DNA of 64,000 nt from Chrysomallon squamiferum (lineage: Eukaryota > Animalia > Mollusca): assembly GCA_012295275.1 (NCBI GenBank), contig CM022671.1:29946001-30010000 (forward strand), written 5' to 3'. Shown here piece by piece: positions 41,913 to 55,066 of the stretch. The translations under genes and the position numbers were made by a program. The notes under the pieces were generated by a model. The model was given only the letters and a program-made list of their open reading frames with translations. It was not told the origin of the DNA and ran no database searches. Every line of letters starts with the position of its first letter. Within the stretch, counting starts at the first letter, position 1.

Positions 41913-44900
41913 TACACGCCCAAATGCATACCTACCTACATACCTACTCCCGTACCTATTCACCTACATATACAAACAATAACATACACAGAACCCACGC
42001 ACAGACACACAGACAAAATCTGAAGTTATTAATTTTAAGTTGCCTCGACTTGTCGTCGCTGTAAATTGCAGCAATCAATCTTAAAACACCTGTCTGACAG
42101 CCTCTTTCAAGCGCGGCGACATTTTGGGTTTTTAGCTTGCGACTAACGACAACGACAACGCTCTTCCATGTAAATAAAATAGCTGAAAAACGGTCGCCGA
42201 CGTCAGCGGTCATTATCAGTGTAGTGTGAGCAGAATATGATGTTGTTTTTGTTTTAAATGAAGGATGGAATGAATGAAAGAAGAACGAACGAATGAACGG
42301 ATGAATAAATAACTGAAAAATTATCGCGTAGATTAGAAATTATTGTCAGTACAGTGGAGTGAAAATAAACAGGTGAACTGAAGCAGTTTATATAAATATA
42401 ACGACGACAACAACACCAACAACAACAGTAATAATGATGATGATGATGATGACTAAATGATGACAATAATGATAAAAATTATGATGGTTATAAATACAGT
42501 AAACTAGCAGAAAAAAAAAAAAAATAATAATAATAATAGTAATAATAAAATAAAATAATAAAATAAATTAATTAAAAAAAAATCCAACATGAAACCTATA
42601 AGAACAACATTATCTCCAGAGTAACAAGAATTTAAAAAACTGAAAAAGTCGAGATTTATTTAAAATTACGAGATACTTACCTGCAGCTGTCAGACTGATT
42701 AACCATAATCTTTGTATTTCAACCAACAGGTGGAACAAATTTACCGTAGCAAAAAAAAAAAAAAAAAAAAAAAAAAGAATGTTCGTCACATAATAAATAC
42801 TTACATATGTTACGTTGTTGTGGAGGGGGGGTTCGGAGGAGGGTGATTTATTTTTGTTTGGGTTTTATTTGTTTGTTTTTTGTTATGTTTTGTTGTATTT
42901 TTTCAGTTTATTTTATTTTATTTTATTTTTTTTTAAGAATGATATGTTCCGTTATTTCCTAACTTTCAGCACTTTAAATCAGATAACTAACATTTATAAA
43001 ATATTTAATTCAGAATATAAATGTTATTATGGCTTAAAAAAAAAAAAATTTAACTGTAAACGTTCTAAAAATCAGCTGGCTTATTTTTTGTGTATTTTTT
43101 TTTTTACACTGCTGTATAAATTAATGATTAATGTTCTTGTTTTTTTTCTTCAGAATTATATTACAAGATGAAGTCTGAGTGTAGACAGAGTTCATTTCGG
43201 TTCAGATACGGCATAAATTATTGCCAAAACGTTAAGATATATACTATCACTACTACTGCAATAACAGCTACAACTACTAATAATACTGCCGCTATATCAA
43301 CAACTACAACTACCTCTACGACTATTACCGTTTTCACCATTGCTATTATTACTTCCTTCCGCTATAAATTGTGAAAATATCTTATGTTTCTTTGTGTTAG
43401 CATTCGTAAAAAAATATTCATTCATTCATTCATTCTTGAATATTGCATCTGAATACGAAGTTCTGATCTAAAAGTATCTTCTGATGCACGAACCCACAAC
43501 TCAAACCAGCCATGGGCGGATTCCCGTCACGCTTCGCTTGTTGGAGCCGGTGATGAGCTTTTACAACCAGCAGCAGCAATAAATTAAAACATTTCAAACT
43601 GACCATTACCGGAGTGTCCACAATCTATAAACTGGTTATCATAATCCGATAATGACCATAAATGTCCAATAAATACACCATTAATTTATCTGCTGAGTTA
43701 TTAATAGCTGGCTTTGGTTCATATACAGCAAGGGCTGTTGCAGTCGCATATGCTTCTATTTTGTTTATATATATAACACTCGTTTATAGTCAGTGCAAGC
43801 GAAATTATTTTTCTAATTTTTTGTTGTTGTTTTTGTTTATTTACTTTCATAAGGTTGTTTAGACCTTTAAAAATGGTTATGATTTGAAAGAACAAAAGCA
43901 ATAAACAGAAACTACAAAATCCCAAAAGCTAAAATTAAATGAAACCTATTTAAAATGTATTTTATAGATCATTTAGGCTGTATGTACTACATTCATATTA
44001 TATTTGTATTTTGATTTAATAACAACAACGACAACAACAACGTATTAATAATAGTATTGCCAAAATAATGGAAAAGAATAATATAATGAGTTTATATTTC
44101 TTCGGATATATGTAAAATAACAATACCAAATTTGGAGCTCTGGCAGGAAAGGGAAATTATCCCGTGGGCGTATCGAACGTCACTGATCCTCTCACCAATC
44201 ACAATGAGGTTGTTTTCAGATGTTTTATTTTATTTTTGTAACTCTTAACTAACGACATACAGTGTAATTCACGGCGAAGTGAAGCGAGTCGCATTTTGGT
44301 AAAAATCAAGTTACTGGCGCAATCAAACTCTGAACAGCATGTTGCATCTCTGAAATAGATGCTGTTGCAGTATGTCCGTGTCAGCCAAATCTCCTTCACG
44401 GATGCAGCAAAAAGACGATGGTGAATAAACATTTTAAAATTACTTTGGCAAGAGATGGATACATTCCAATCTTGGAAGCATTAAAAGATACTAAATGTAT
44501 TTAGTTATCTTTAAAAAAAAAAACTTTATTGCCTCAATAAGTGATTACAATTCATTTATTCTAAAACAGAGTATATAAAGTTTAACAAAGCATAGTCATT
44601 TTAATTTGACTATAAATATCTCTACTTTCAAGGCAGCAATCGTTTCAAAGATTAAACTTTATTAGTGTGAGTTTTTTTTTTTTTTTTTTTTTTTGCTTTA
44701 TGTGTATGTGTCCAGTAAGCTATCTTCTCTCTCTCTCTCTCTCCCCCCCTCTCTTTCTCTTTCTCTCTCTGTGTGTGTATGTGTGTTTGTCTGTCTCTCT
44801 GTCTGTCTCTCATTTGTATATATTTACAAAGAGGCGCAGTTGTAAGTAATAATGGGCTGACAGCAGTTTTATCAGTATTTCAAACTGAAATAAAATAACT

Positions 44901-45879
44901 CATCTCTTTATCTCTGAAGATCAGACTGGGTTTCATGTTAAAATGTTTATCCCAGAAAGGAAAATACTTTCAATACGTGAGTCACTCTGAAGATTCGCCA
45001 CCTCGAGTCAACGCAAACGAAACGTAATATATAGCAATGCCACATAAACTTTCTATTAGTAATCTTGTTAGATAACTGACGACACTTAAAACAGTCACTC
45101 TTTGAGAAAAATTACTTAATCTGCCGAAACACTTTATAAAATGTTTTAAATTTCTAAATTTTTATTAGCCATTAACAGTGTTTAATCCTTTTGAAAGTCT
45201 ATTATTGAAATAAGAATAATTCATTTTAATACGCCATACACACTATTTACTAATTAAAAATTATAAATTACATCTCCTGCAGTTTGTTGTTTTTAACAAA
45301 AGCCATGTGCTATATAAGAAAGTGGCATTGAACAACAATGTTATCAAATAATGTTTCAAATCGTTTGTGTTTTTCAGTTTTTAAATTCATAATTGTCACT
45401 ATTAAAAAAACAGATTTTTAAAATGAACTAAACACTTTTAAATATTTACAATTAAACGACGCATATTCACATACAACACACACACACGCACACACAAACA
45501 CACGCACACACACGCGCGTTGACAGAATACACAAATATTTTGCTTAATGGCGCTCCATGTCTGCTCTTTTTTTTAAAGTGTTTTAATTATGACAATCAGC
45601 TTAAAATAAAAATTCTAGAATTTTAAACAAATCTAAAACAGGAAGAGAATATAAATGAACAATTAGAGAACACATATCTGCAAAATCTTTACAGTAATCG
45701 GAATGTGTTAAACAAGTACGAACCAAAGACTTACAGTTTCCTTCTATTTTTAATTTATTATTATTATTTTTCATTGTTTTATTTTATTAACAGTTGTTTT
45801 TAATTATATTTAAACTATTTCAAGATGTAATTATATTAAAAAGGACTCAGGCCTGATGCTCTGAACTTACATGAATTAG

Positions 45880-45921
<42 letters not shown>

Positions 45922-46302
45922 ACATTTAAACTAAACAACAGAAACTCGTCAAAAAAAAAAAATAATCGGGTGTAGAACACCAGGGTTAGTGAACGGCGTA
46001 TCATACCCTCCTATCTTTTTTCAATTACAGTGACTGAAGGTTTCAGAAACCCCGATTTAACGACTCCTGTCGCGTTTTAAGCGGTTTCATCTTAGATGAA
46101 TGCCAGATAGCACCGGCGAACAATTCACTGACTTAGAAAACAAAATCGGAGAAGCGGAAATTTGTAATTGCTGTGGATTTCAATGAAGTGTTAATTCGGA
46201 GACACGCAAACTTGGTGGGTGATCGTGACCAGGGTGAGTGTGTCAGAGAAAGAGCTAAAGAGATTTACCTCCGCTACCGATACCCAGCTGTTTTAGTGTT
46301 AA

Positions 46303-46475
46303 TCGCGTTAATGCCAGCTGGAACGTTGATTATGCGATTATGTGTGTGTTTTGTGTGTGTGTGTGTGTGTGTGTGCGTGCGCGCGTGTCGCATTAATGCC
46401 CGATGAAACGTTGTTTATGTGTGTTTTGTGTGTCGCGTTAATGTCATCCTTGATTGTCTGATTGTGTGTTTGTGT
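46303..46475. repeat. Three-copy imperfect repeat with core TCGCRTTAATGYC separated by (TG)-rich spacers
   Basis: Cores at 46303, 46388 and 46433; copies 1 and 2 also share AACGTTG.TTATG. Confidence 0.7.
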
Positions 46476-47219
46476 ATCTTTGTGTGTGTCTATTTTTGAA
46501 AGGTAGAGATGTTTTTTATTGAGAGAAATAATGGACATCTGCATGTATAGTGTGTATGTGTGTGAATGTGTATGTGCATGTTGTTTTTTATTAACTAATA
46601 ATTTCAGACGGTCATCATCATCATCATCATCGTCATCATCTTCATGGTTTTCTTATCCAGTGTTAACAGACAACTGAACAAAAAAATAAACAAATAATGA
46701 AAATGGAAATGTCGGATTGAGAATGCCCCGTGGAACCATAAAAATATCAATTTTGTCTGTTAAAAGTATAAAACATTCAGCCAGGTATTTGAAGACAGCG
46801 AATAATAAATTAACATCATGCATACAATCTCCTGTTGTTTTTATTACTTCCTTATTGCAGAAACGACAAATTGCGGTTTGCTTGTTTTTTCGCCTTCGTT
46901 TCTCAGTTTTGAAGATTGTCTTTGCAAATAAAGAATGACAACAGCAGCAGCAACAACATAAAAAATAAAAAAATAAATAAATAAATTAAAAAAGATAAAT
47001 TGAATACATTTTTTTTTTAAATTAAAACTTTCTTTGGGGGATTTATAAAGATATATATTATGTATTAAGTGCACTATGGTGAAGCAAAAATAAATAAGAA
47101 AGGAAATGTTTATTTAATGGTGTGTTTTTTTTTTTATTATTACTTGTTTTTATTATTTTGTGTTTTTTCTTTCAATGTTATTACACTGTTTGAGCATAGT
47201 ATTGAGTTAATTATAGTTA

Positions 47220-47283
<64 letters not shown>

Positions 47284-47479
47284 CCCCGTTGCAATAATAA
47301 CAATAATAAAGAAAATGATGATGATAATAATGATTATGATGATGATGATAATCATAAAAATAAGAATGATAATAATAATAATAAGAAGAAGAAGAACAAC
47401 AACAACAACAGTAGCAGCAACAGCAATAATATGAAACACATAAATTATATTTCCGTATTTATTTTCTTACCATAACATT

Positions 47480-48050
47480 CAGTGACATTTTCACAACCGC
47501 GTGGGTATCGTTACTCACAAGCAAGTTAAAAATGGCTGCTACGTCGTATCTTAAATTACCATTCACAAAACGTGGAAAACCTAAGACGGACTGGCAGGGG
47601 GGAGTGTTGGCCCCGTGGCGATAGTTTAGGAGAAACCCTAGGTGTTGTGCCAAGCGGGAACAATGAAACGGGAATCTCGGAATCGCAGACGGCAAAGGCT
47701 GCGGTGAAACATTTTTTAATCGGTTGTAATGGTGTCAGAACCAACCAATCAAAACGCCGGGTCTGCCTTCCGAGACATTGATTGACGGGTCGGTATCTGT
47801 TTCCTTCAATCAGGAAAACTAAAATACGCGCGGCCGATTTCGCAAAGCAGAAACGTATAATGCAAGTTTCGTAGCTGTATGCGGTGAGGGGCAGACGGCG
47901 TTTTATCAAGTGGCGATGTAGTTTTTTTTCACTGTGTTTGTGTGTGTCGCGCGTTCCACAATGTTTTCGATATACGGGAAGGATTATCAGACGACCGCAA
48001 GACCTGACGTATGTGTTTCCAATTCACACCTGTGTTTCTTTTTCTTATGT
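47480..48050 (+). promoter_or_regulatory. CpG-rich island directly upstream of the Wnt5 ATG exon; candidate proximal/alternative promoter or enhancer
   Basis: High CpG density, CCAAT (47745-47749) and YY1-like AAAATGGC (~47529). It ends in a branch-point-like CTGAC (48004-48008), a pyrimidine tract and TAG (48050-48052). Confidence 0.45.
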
Positions 48051-48079
48051 AGACGTTGGGAAGTGGCGGTGATGTGACA

Positions 48080-48162
48080 ATGGCAAGAAAACAACGTTGG
48101 TGTAGTCTTGGGTTGTTGTTGGTTTGCGTGCAGACCTTGGTGTCCGCCCTGGATATGTGGTG
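48080..48162 (+). CDS. Wnt5: Wnt5 first coding exon (signal peptide); exon acceptor at 48053
   Basis: Optimal start context ACAATGG. Encodes MARKQRWCSLGLLLVCVQTLVSALDMW-W (basic n-region, hydrophobic h-region, VSA cleavage-like site). It ends TG|GTAAGT in phase 2 inside the WW motif, as in vertebrate WNT5A (SWW), and joins in frame to the 54668 exon. Not found by the ORF track. Confidence 0.88.
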
Positions 48163-48589
48163 GTAAGTAGCAAATAATAATAAAAATAAACCTATTATTT
48201 ATGATTTTGCATACTAACGTACAAATGTAGGGTAGACAGAGATTGTGTGCTGGTTTAGTGTGCGACTGGGAACTTTTGTTGTTTAAAACAGTCTAAATTT
48301 TCTCTTTCTTTTTCCCCTGTGTAGTTAGATGAGTGGAAGGGAGGTTGAGGGGTGGTATGTCCTAAATGGGTGAGCTTTATAAGCAGGTGTATGCACAAAC
48401 AAACAGCTATGGCAGAAAATGAAAACGTAGACAAACAGACAGAGTGCTTTGTTAGGTTCAAGTCCAGCTCGATGGAATACTACGTTTTTAAATATTTGAT
48501 TTATATTATTTATACATTAACGTAAGCTGTGATAAGTGTAAGAGCAAACTGTAGTACACAAGGGTTTCACTAAATCACAAAACTAGGGT

Positions 48590-49029
48590 ATATTACACAA
48601 AGTAAGTACTCCCGTTTTATTTAGGCATGGAATTCATCCGTGTTAAAGTTTTAGAGTGAGAGATGTTAAAGAAAGATTTTTTATAAAATTATTTTACACA
48701 AAATAAGTATTATGAATAGAGAGTTGTAAAGAAATACCGGTGTTAATATTGTGTTATTTTAAAAAAAAGATACTCGTGTTAAAATTAAGTTTTACATAAA
48801 AATAACTATTATAAATATAGACTTGTCAAGAGATACCCGTGTTAGAATTGTGTTATTATTACATAAAATATATATTACAAATACTGAGTTCTCAAGATAT
48901 CCATGTTAAAACACAGTCAATTTACATAAAATAAGTAGTGTAAATATTATAAGGTTGTAAATAGCTTTCAGTGTTTAAACTGGGTTACTTAACATAAAAT
49001 AAGTATTGTAAATAGTTATCTGTGCTAAA

Positions 49030-49077
<48 letters not shown>

Positions 49078-49276
49078 TTTATTTTATTTATTCATTTTAC
49101 TTTTCACATAAAATAAGTACTGTAAATATCTACTCGTATTAAAATTATGTTATTTTACACAAAAAATAAGTACTGTAAAAATAAGACTGTAATTAGCTGG
49201 TCTGTTAAAACCTTGTTATTTTACATAAAAACAAAATGTAGATGGTTCCAAACAGCTATGTGTTAAAAATGTGTGG

Positions 49277-49307
<31 letters not shown>

Positions 49308-49690
49308 TAAGTTTTGTAAATATCTAACTGTATTAAAATTGTCCCATTTAACATTAATTTTATAATGTAAATGTTGTAATGACAAGGTTGTAAACATATA
49401 TTTTACATAAAATAAGAATTGCAAACAACCATCAGAGTTAAAATTGTGTTGCTTTACATAAAATAAGTGTTGTAAATAGCTATCTGTGTTAAAATAGTGT
49501 TGTTGTTTTATTTCAGTTTTTCTTTTTTACACAAAATAAGTAATACAAATAAATATATATCTGCAGATACAAGTGTTAAATAGCTATCTGTTTCAAAACA
49601 CTGTTATTTTTTTCACAAAATAAGTAGCGTAAGTGGATATCTGTGTTAAAATTGTACTATCTTACATAAAATAAATACTGTAAATAGTGA
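48590..49690. repeat. Degenerate intronic tandem array, ~15 units of 50-70 bp, consensus TTACATAAAATAAGTACTGTAAATAGCTATCTGTGTTAAAATTGTGTTATT
   Basis: TTACA(T/C)AAAATAAGT recurs near 48594, 48693, 48790, 48858, 48921, 48990, 49104, 49153, 49220, 49300, 49401, 49452, 49526, 49612 and 49662. Confidence 0.88.
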
Positions 49691-50018
49691 GTACTAAGTA
49701 ACATTCTGTATTACAAAGTATGTGACTTATTTAAATATTAAGAGAGGGATTAACACTTGTTAGTAGATAGTGGTAACAAGAATCAGTCAAACTATTCAGG
49801 ATTAAAATCTGTGAACGTGTGAAAGGGTTCGGGTAGGTGAAAATCCTCCCTGTTGTTTTTGTTTTTAAGACTTAATAATACTAAACCCAGTTACAATTAA
49901 AACGTGTATCACTCGATGCGGAAGTTTATATCTTCCTTAAGGAAACTAATATGTGTATACATGTATGCATGTATGTATGTGTGTATGTATATATATATGT
50001 ATATGTATGTACATGTAC

Positions 50019-50060
<42 letters not shown>

Positions 50061-50175
50061 GTAAGTATGTTAGTTTCTACAAGGAAGATACAATCATATA
50101 TATACAGTCAGTGACAAACACAAAAAAGGAAAATGTAATTATAAAAGAATGTTTCTCTTTTAATCAGTACAAAAT

Positions 50176-50216
<41 letters not shown>

Positions 50217-50269
50217 TAGAAATAAAAATAATAAAACAGAAAACAGAAAATAAAAATAACAACAATAGC

Positions 50270-50302
<33 letters not shown>

Positions 50303-50407
50303 AATAATAATAATAAATGATTAAACAGTAAAGAGTAGAAGATATGTCACAAAGGAGTAAAATAGTAATAGAAATATATAATGAAAAACAAAACAAAACA
50401 AAACAAA

Positions 50408-50439
<32 letters not shown>

Positions 50440-51659
50440 GTAAGTAAGTAAGTAAGTAAATAAATAAATAAATAAATAAGTAACTATGTAAGTAAGTAAG
50501 TAAGTAAAATAATTAGTCAGTAAATAAGTAAATAAATGAAATAGTAAAACTATGATAAAGCGTTCTTCTTTAAAGAAGAAAAAAAAAAATGTAGAAAAAG
50601 AAGAAATAAATAAAAAGAAAAGAAAGAGAGAAAAAAGGTGGTAACATGAAACCTCTTTGAAAACGACTTTACAATAAACCTGTTACAGTGCCGCGCTTGA
50701 AAACATCTTTCATAACCGGTAAATACCGTAACACATAGGCACGGGTTAATGTTTCTCATTGTTTGTTAGCTTTTTAAAGAAAAATAAATTGATAAAGTAT
50801 ATTCATGAAATGTTACACTATAGACCCTCCGACATATAAGATATGTATTTTTTGTTCCCCTAAATTTAAAAAGAATGAATGAATAAATAAAGATGATGAT
50901 GATGATGATGATTCATAGAAATTTAGAGACAATTTTAAAGTTTGAAAAAAAAGAAGAAGAAAATTATTTATAAAATAATTTAAAAAATATGAAAGAAACA
51001 ATAAACGATAGAAAGAGGAAAGAGTGAAAGAATAAAACAATAAAGAAGGAATTAAGATTAGAAGAAAAAGGATAGAAACAATGATATAGTAGAAAGAAAG
51101 AAAGAGAGAAAAACAGAAAGAAATAGAGATTAAAAAACAAAAAAATAAAATAAAATAATAATAATAATAAAAAAAAAAAATTAAATTAAATAAAATTAAA
51201 AAAGAAAGAAAGAAAGAAAAAAGGAAAATGAAGATATAAATACATATATATATATATATATATCTATATATTTTAAAAAAGGACTATTAAAAAGGAGGCG
51301 GGAAAAAAAGAATTTACATAAAAAATATAAAAAAAAAAATGAACTCAAGAAATTTAAATTTTATTTTACAAAATGTGAGAAAAAAAAAAAAAAAGAATGT
51401 CTTTGTTGAAAACTTGAGAGCAGCACAGTTGCTGGCCGCTTCTCGGTGAGGCCAAACACCTCGGCACATGTCTGCAGATACAAACGTTTTATCGACTCTA
51501 ATAATGGGACCTCTCCGTGTGAAGTATTTCTTATCAATAAATAAATAATAAGAAGGGCGACTGTGATTACTCGGGTCACGGCTCAAGTGAAGACGATGAC
51601 GTCTCTTTGAAATTTGATTGACGTGTTGGTAAAGACGTACATTTCGTTTACTAACCTGT

Positions 51660-52830
51660 ATCCCATATAGATCTTTTTTTCATACGCTTTTAATTTGACA
51701 GGGGTAGGGGGCAAAGAAGCAGATTTATTTTTTACTGCATAGTATCCTGTTTTTGTTTTTTTATTGCTCGGTATCATATTTTTAATTTTTTAATTTTGTT
51801 TTTTTTATTAATAATGTTGAGTTTGACAGCAACGAATAAATATTTGTTCTAACCGGTGTAAGTATGTATAAATTTATCCTGTTTAATTTGACAGAGGCTG
51901 AGAGGTAGATTTATTGTTAAGAATTTGAGTTTGACAGTGGTTAAAAACAAAAGTAGATCTATTTTTGGTTATTCTTTTAATTCGAAGCTGATCTCATAAT
52001 TATATATATAATATTTTAAAAAATTTAAACATTTAACTTTACATCAGATTTCTTTTCATATTATTATGTGTATTATTAAATCATATATTTGACTTGTGGT
52101 AAAAAATGAGAGATTTCAATTTTGTTTTATTGTTTCTTAATAAATTAATTTATTTTACTAAACTTCCTTGCCTCTTACATTTTTAAACTTCTTAATATCG
52201 GGGTTTTTATTTTTGTTTATTTTTATTTACTTGTTAGTTTGATATAGAGAATAATTAAACTTTACTTTTTATTTTTTAAAGTGTTAAAGATAGATTTCCT
52301 TGCCTGTTTAAAAGCTGACTAAAGAAACTGATTTTTTCTAATATGTAATCTACTATAAAGTTTTTAATTTTACCCCGAATAAAAGAAAACTATATTTTAA
52401 TAAGAATATCCTACTTTTACTTACGTGTTGATTAGGAGGTGATAAAGTTAGTAAAACAGAAAATAAATAATAAAAGATACAAAAACACCCTATCAGACAA
52501 ACAAACAAACAGCCTTTATTTGTTCTACCTGTTCACTTCACAGTGATAAAGAAATTTTAATAACTGCATTCCTATTTTTTAAAATCCTTTTATTTGTATA
52601 ATGGCAAACATATTGATTTATTCGCCTAATCTCTAATTCCTGAAAATTAATTGTTATAAAAAGTTGATGTTATTACCGTGTCTTACTTTTTACCCCTTAA
52701 TTCGACTAAGAAGATTACTGAAAAGATTCTGTCTTTTTACACTTTTATGGTTTTGTAATATTAAGAAATATATTTTAACGAGTTGTAAGTCTTCTTTGAT
52801 TTGACGCAGATAAAATATAGTTTGTAATAA
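51660..52830. repeat. Highly eroded repeat array with core TTTAATTTGACAG...AAA...TAGATTT
   Basis: Clear cores near 51689, 51818, 51882 and 51925, with progressively weaker copies out to ~52800. Confidence 0.5.
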
Positions 52831-52940
52831 CATTTTTCTTTTTTTGGAAACTCTTAATCATAAGGCACAAAAATACATTGTGCCGATTTCCTAGTAACTG
52901 ATCCCCCCCCATCTTTCATCTAGATAAGAGTGCTTTTTTA

Positions 52941-52975
<35 letters not shown>

Positions 52976-54139
52976 TTACTTCATATTTTGTCATTAAGAA
53001 TAATTTATTTAATATTTATATTAATTTATAATTTGTCACTATTTGAAAAAGAAATCTCTAATGAAATATTTCTGACATTTATAGTCACTTATTAGTTTAT
53101 ATATAAACTAAATAGTAAACTAAATAAGTAAACTAAATAAGTAAACTATATAAGTAACTACATTTGTAACTACATTAACATATATATATATTTTTAGAAA
53201 ATGTATTAATACTAATACTAATGCTGCTGACACTACAACTACTACTACTGCTTCTACTACTACTACAAATACAGTGCTGCTACCTCTAATATTACTACCA
53301 TTACAACTATTACTACTACTACTATTATTACTATTACTGCTAGTATCACCATTACCACAATTAATACTACTTTTAAAACTGTATCTTTACTACAACTACA
53401 ACGACAACAACAGACGTCTACTAGTAGAACGACAACTACCATTATTAGAACTAAGGTTCCTACTGCAACCTTGCTTCTTCTTTTTTTGTTCTTATTCTTC
53501 ATTCAAACTATAATACATCCAGATTATTCATAATCTTTTTCTCCTATTTTGTGCTCCCCAAATCATCTTTCTTTAAATATTTCAGGGTTTACGGCCCCAA
53601 TTATATCAAGTTTCCTGTTTGTTGATAAAAATTACCATCTTGAAAACCATATGCTAGCAAGCTCTTTCAAATTAAGGCATTAAGTACAAGTTCGCTGAAT
53701 TTTTTTATATGTTTATTCTTTATTATTTTTTTTTTTTTTTTTTAAATATGTGTATATCAATTTTAATATATACATATTTAAAAAAAAAGTAATAATAATA
53801 AAAAAATAAAAATAAAATAAAACAACTAGTAGTAATAGTAGCAGCAGCAGTAGTAGTAGTAGTAGTAGTAGTAGTAATAATAGTAGTAGTAGTAGTAGTA
53901 GTAATAATAGTAGTAGTAGTAGTAGTTGTAATGGTGCTCTTCTGAAAGGATAGTATGACAGAGTAATCGGTATTGAAAAAAAAAGAGGTTAATTTTGATA
54001 CAGTCTAGCGGTTTCATTTTTCTGTAAACAAATTTGAAGAGAACTTGTGACGTATTATGTACATTTGTGTAAGAAACGTCAATGATGACTACGTTACTGT
54101 ATTACAGTTTGCCTGCACCCATGTTTGGCTTTAAATTCA

Positions 54140-54450
54140 AAACTTTACTAAAGGTAACGTAGGAAAATGTATTGTTAAAAATGTCTATAATTTTGTTTAG
54201 TTTGAATTAAAGCATCTCAAAAACTGGCGTAGAAAAAAGTATAGCGGATTTTAAGTAATCTTATTCAGCTAAAATTGAAACTTTTCTAACAGTTACATAG
54301 AAAATGTATACAGATATTTCTAAAATTTTGTTAAAACAGAAACTTTTCTATAGGTGACGTAGACAGAGTATGCGTCTGCAATTTTCTTTCGTTAAAATTA
54401 ACTCTTTTCTAAACAAATACATAGAAAAAGTATAATACTAATAAGCTTTT
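54140..54450. repeat. Degenerate ~60-bp tandem array (~5 units), core AAACTTTTCTA..GGTTACRTAGAAAAAGTAT
   Basis: ACGTAG/ACATAG-AAAA(T/A)GTAT cores recur near 54157, 54228, 54296, 54357 and 54419. Confidence 0.65.
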
Positions 54451-54667
54451 ATCTTAAGACAGTAACAACCAATTATTTCTTTTATTCCGCAATCCTAAGT
54501 AAAGGTTACATCTAGGGTCAGTGCCCGAAAAATATAGAAATATATTTAATGATCATATGTAAGGCAATGTGGGATAACAGTATCATGTATGTGTGTATGT
54601 ATGTGTTTAGGTATGTACTTATTTGTTTGTTTATTTGTTTATTTATTTAAACTTGTTCTGTTTCCAG

Positions 54668-54924
54668 GAACCTTGGCGTACACAGATTCGAAACGTGGAG
54701 AAACCCACAGTTGTATATACTTGGAACACAACCACTATGTACTCAGTTAAAAGGACTATCAGCCGGACAGACGCGGTTCTGTCAGCTGTATCATGATCAT
54801 ATGCCTAGTATAGGCCGAGGGGCCCAGGCAGGAATTGGCGAATGTCAATGGCAGTTCAGATTCCGAAGATGGAACTGCAGTACTGTGGATGATAGTTCAG
54901 TGTTTGGACCCATTGTAAATATAG
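54668..54924 (+). CDS. Wnt5: Wnt5 exon encoding the N-terminal part of the Wnt domain (257 nt, phase 2 to phase 1); the gene continues beyond the window
   Basis: Acceptor TTGTTCTGTTTCCAG|G and donor G|GTAAGT. Translation [86 protein letters not shown] matches the Wnt5 subfamily (compare WNT5A [25 protein letters not shown]...[23 protein letters not shown]). No downstream SRE.AF exon is seen before 64000. Confidence 0.95.
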
Positions 54925-54970
54925 GTAAGTCAGTTAGATACGTTCTTGTTAGGATATTTTGTTACAGTAG

Positions 54971-55066
<96 letters not shown>

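Noticed and set aside
42675-42686. Perfect minus-strand donor CAG|GTAAGT (antisense exon?)
   Set aside because: It is isolated, with no supporting acceptor, ORF or promoter; such a match is expected occasionally by chance in 64 kb.
48590-49690. CRISPR-like repeat-spacer appearance
   Set aside because: The repeats are degenerate, the linkers are related to each other, the context is a eukaryotic intron and there are no cas genes.
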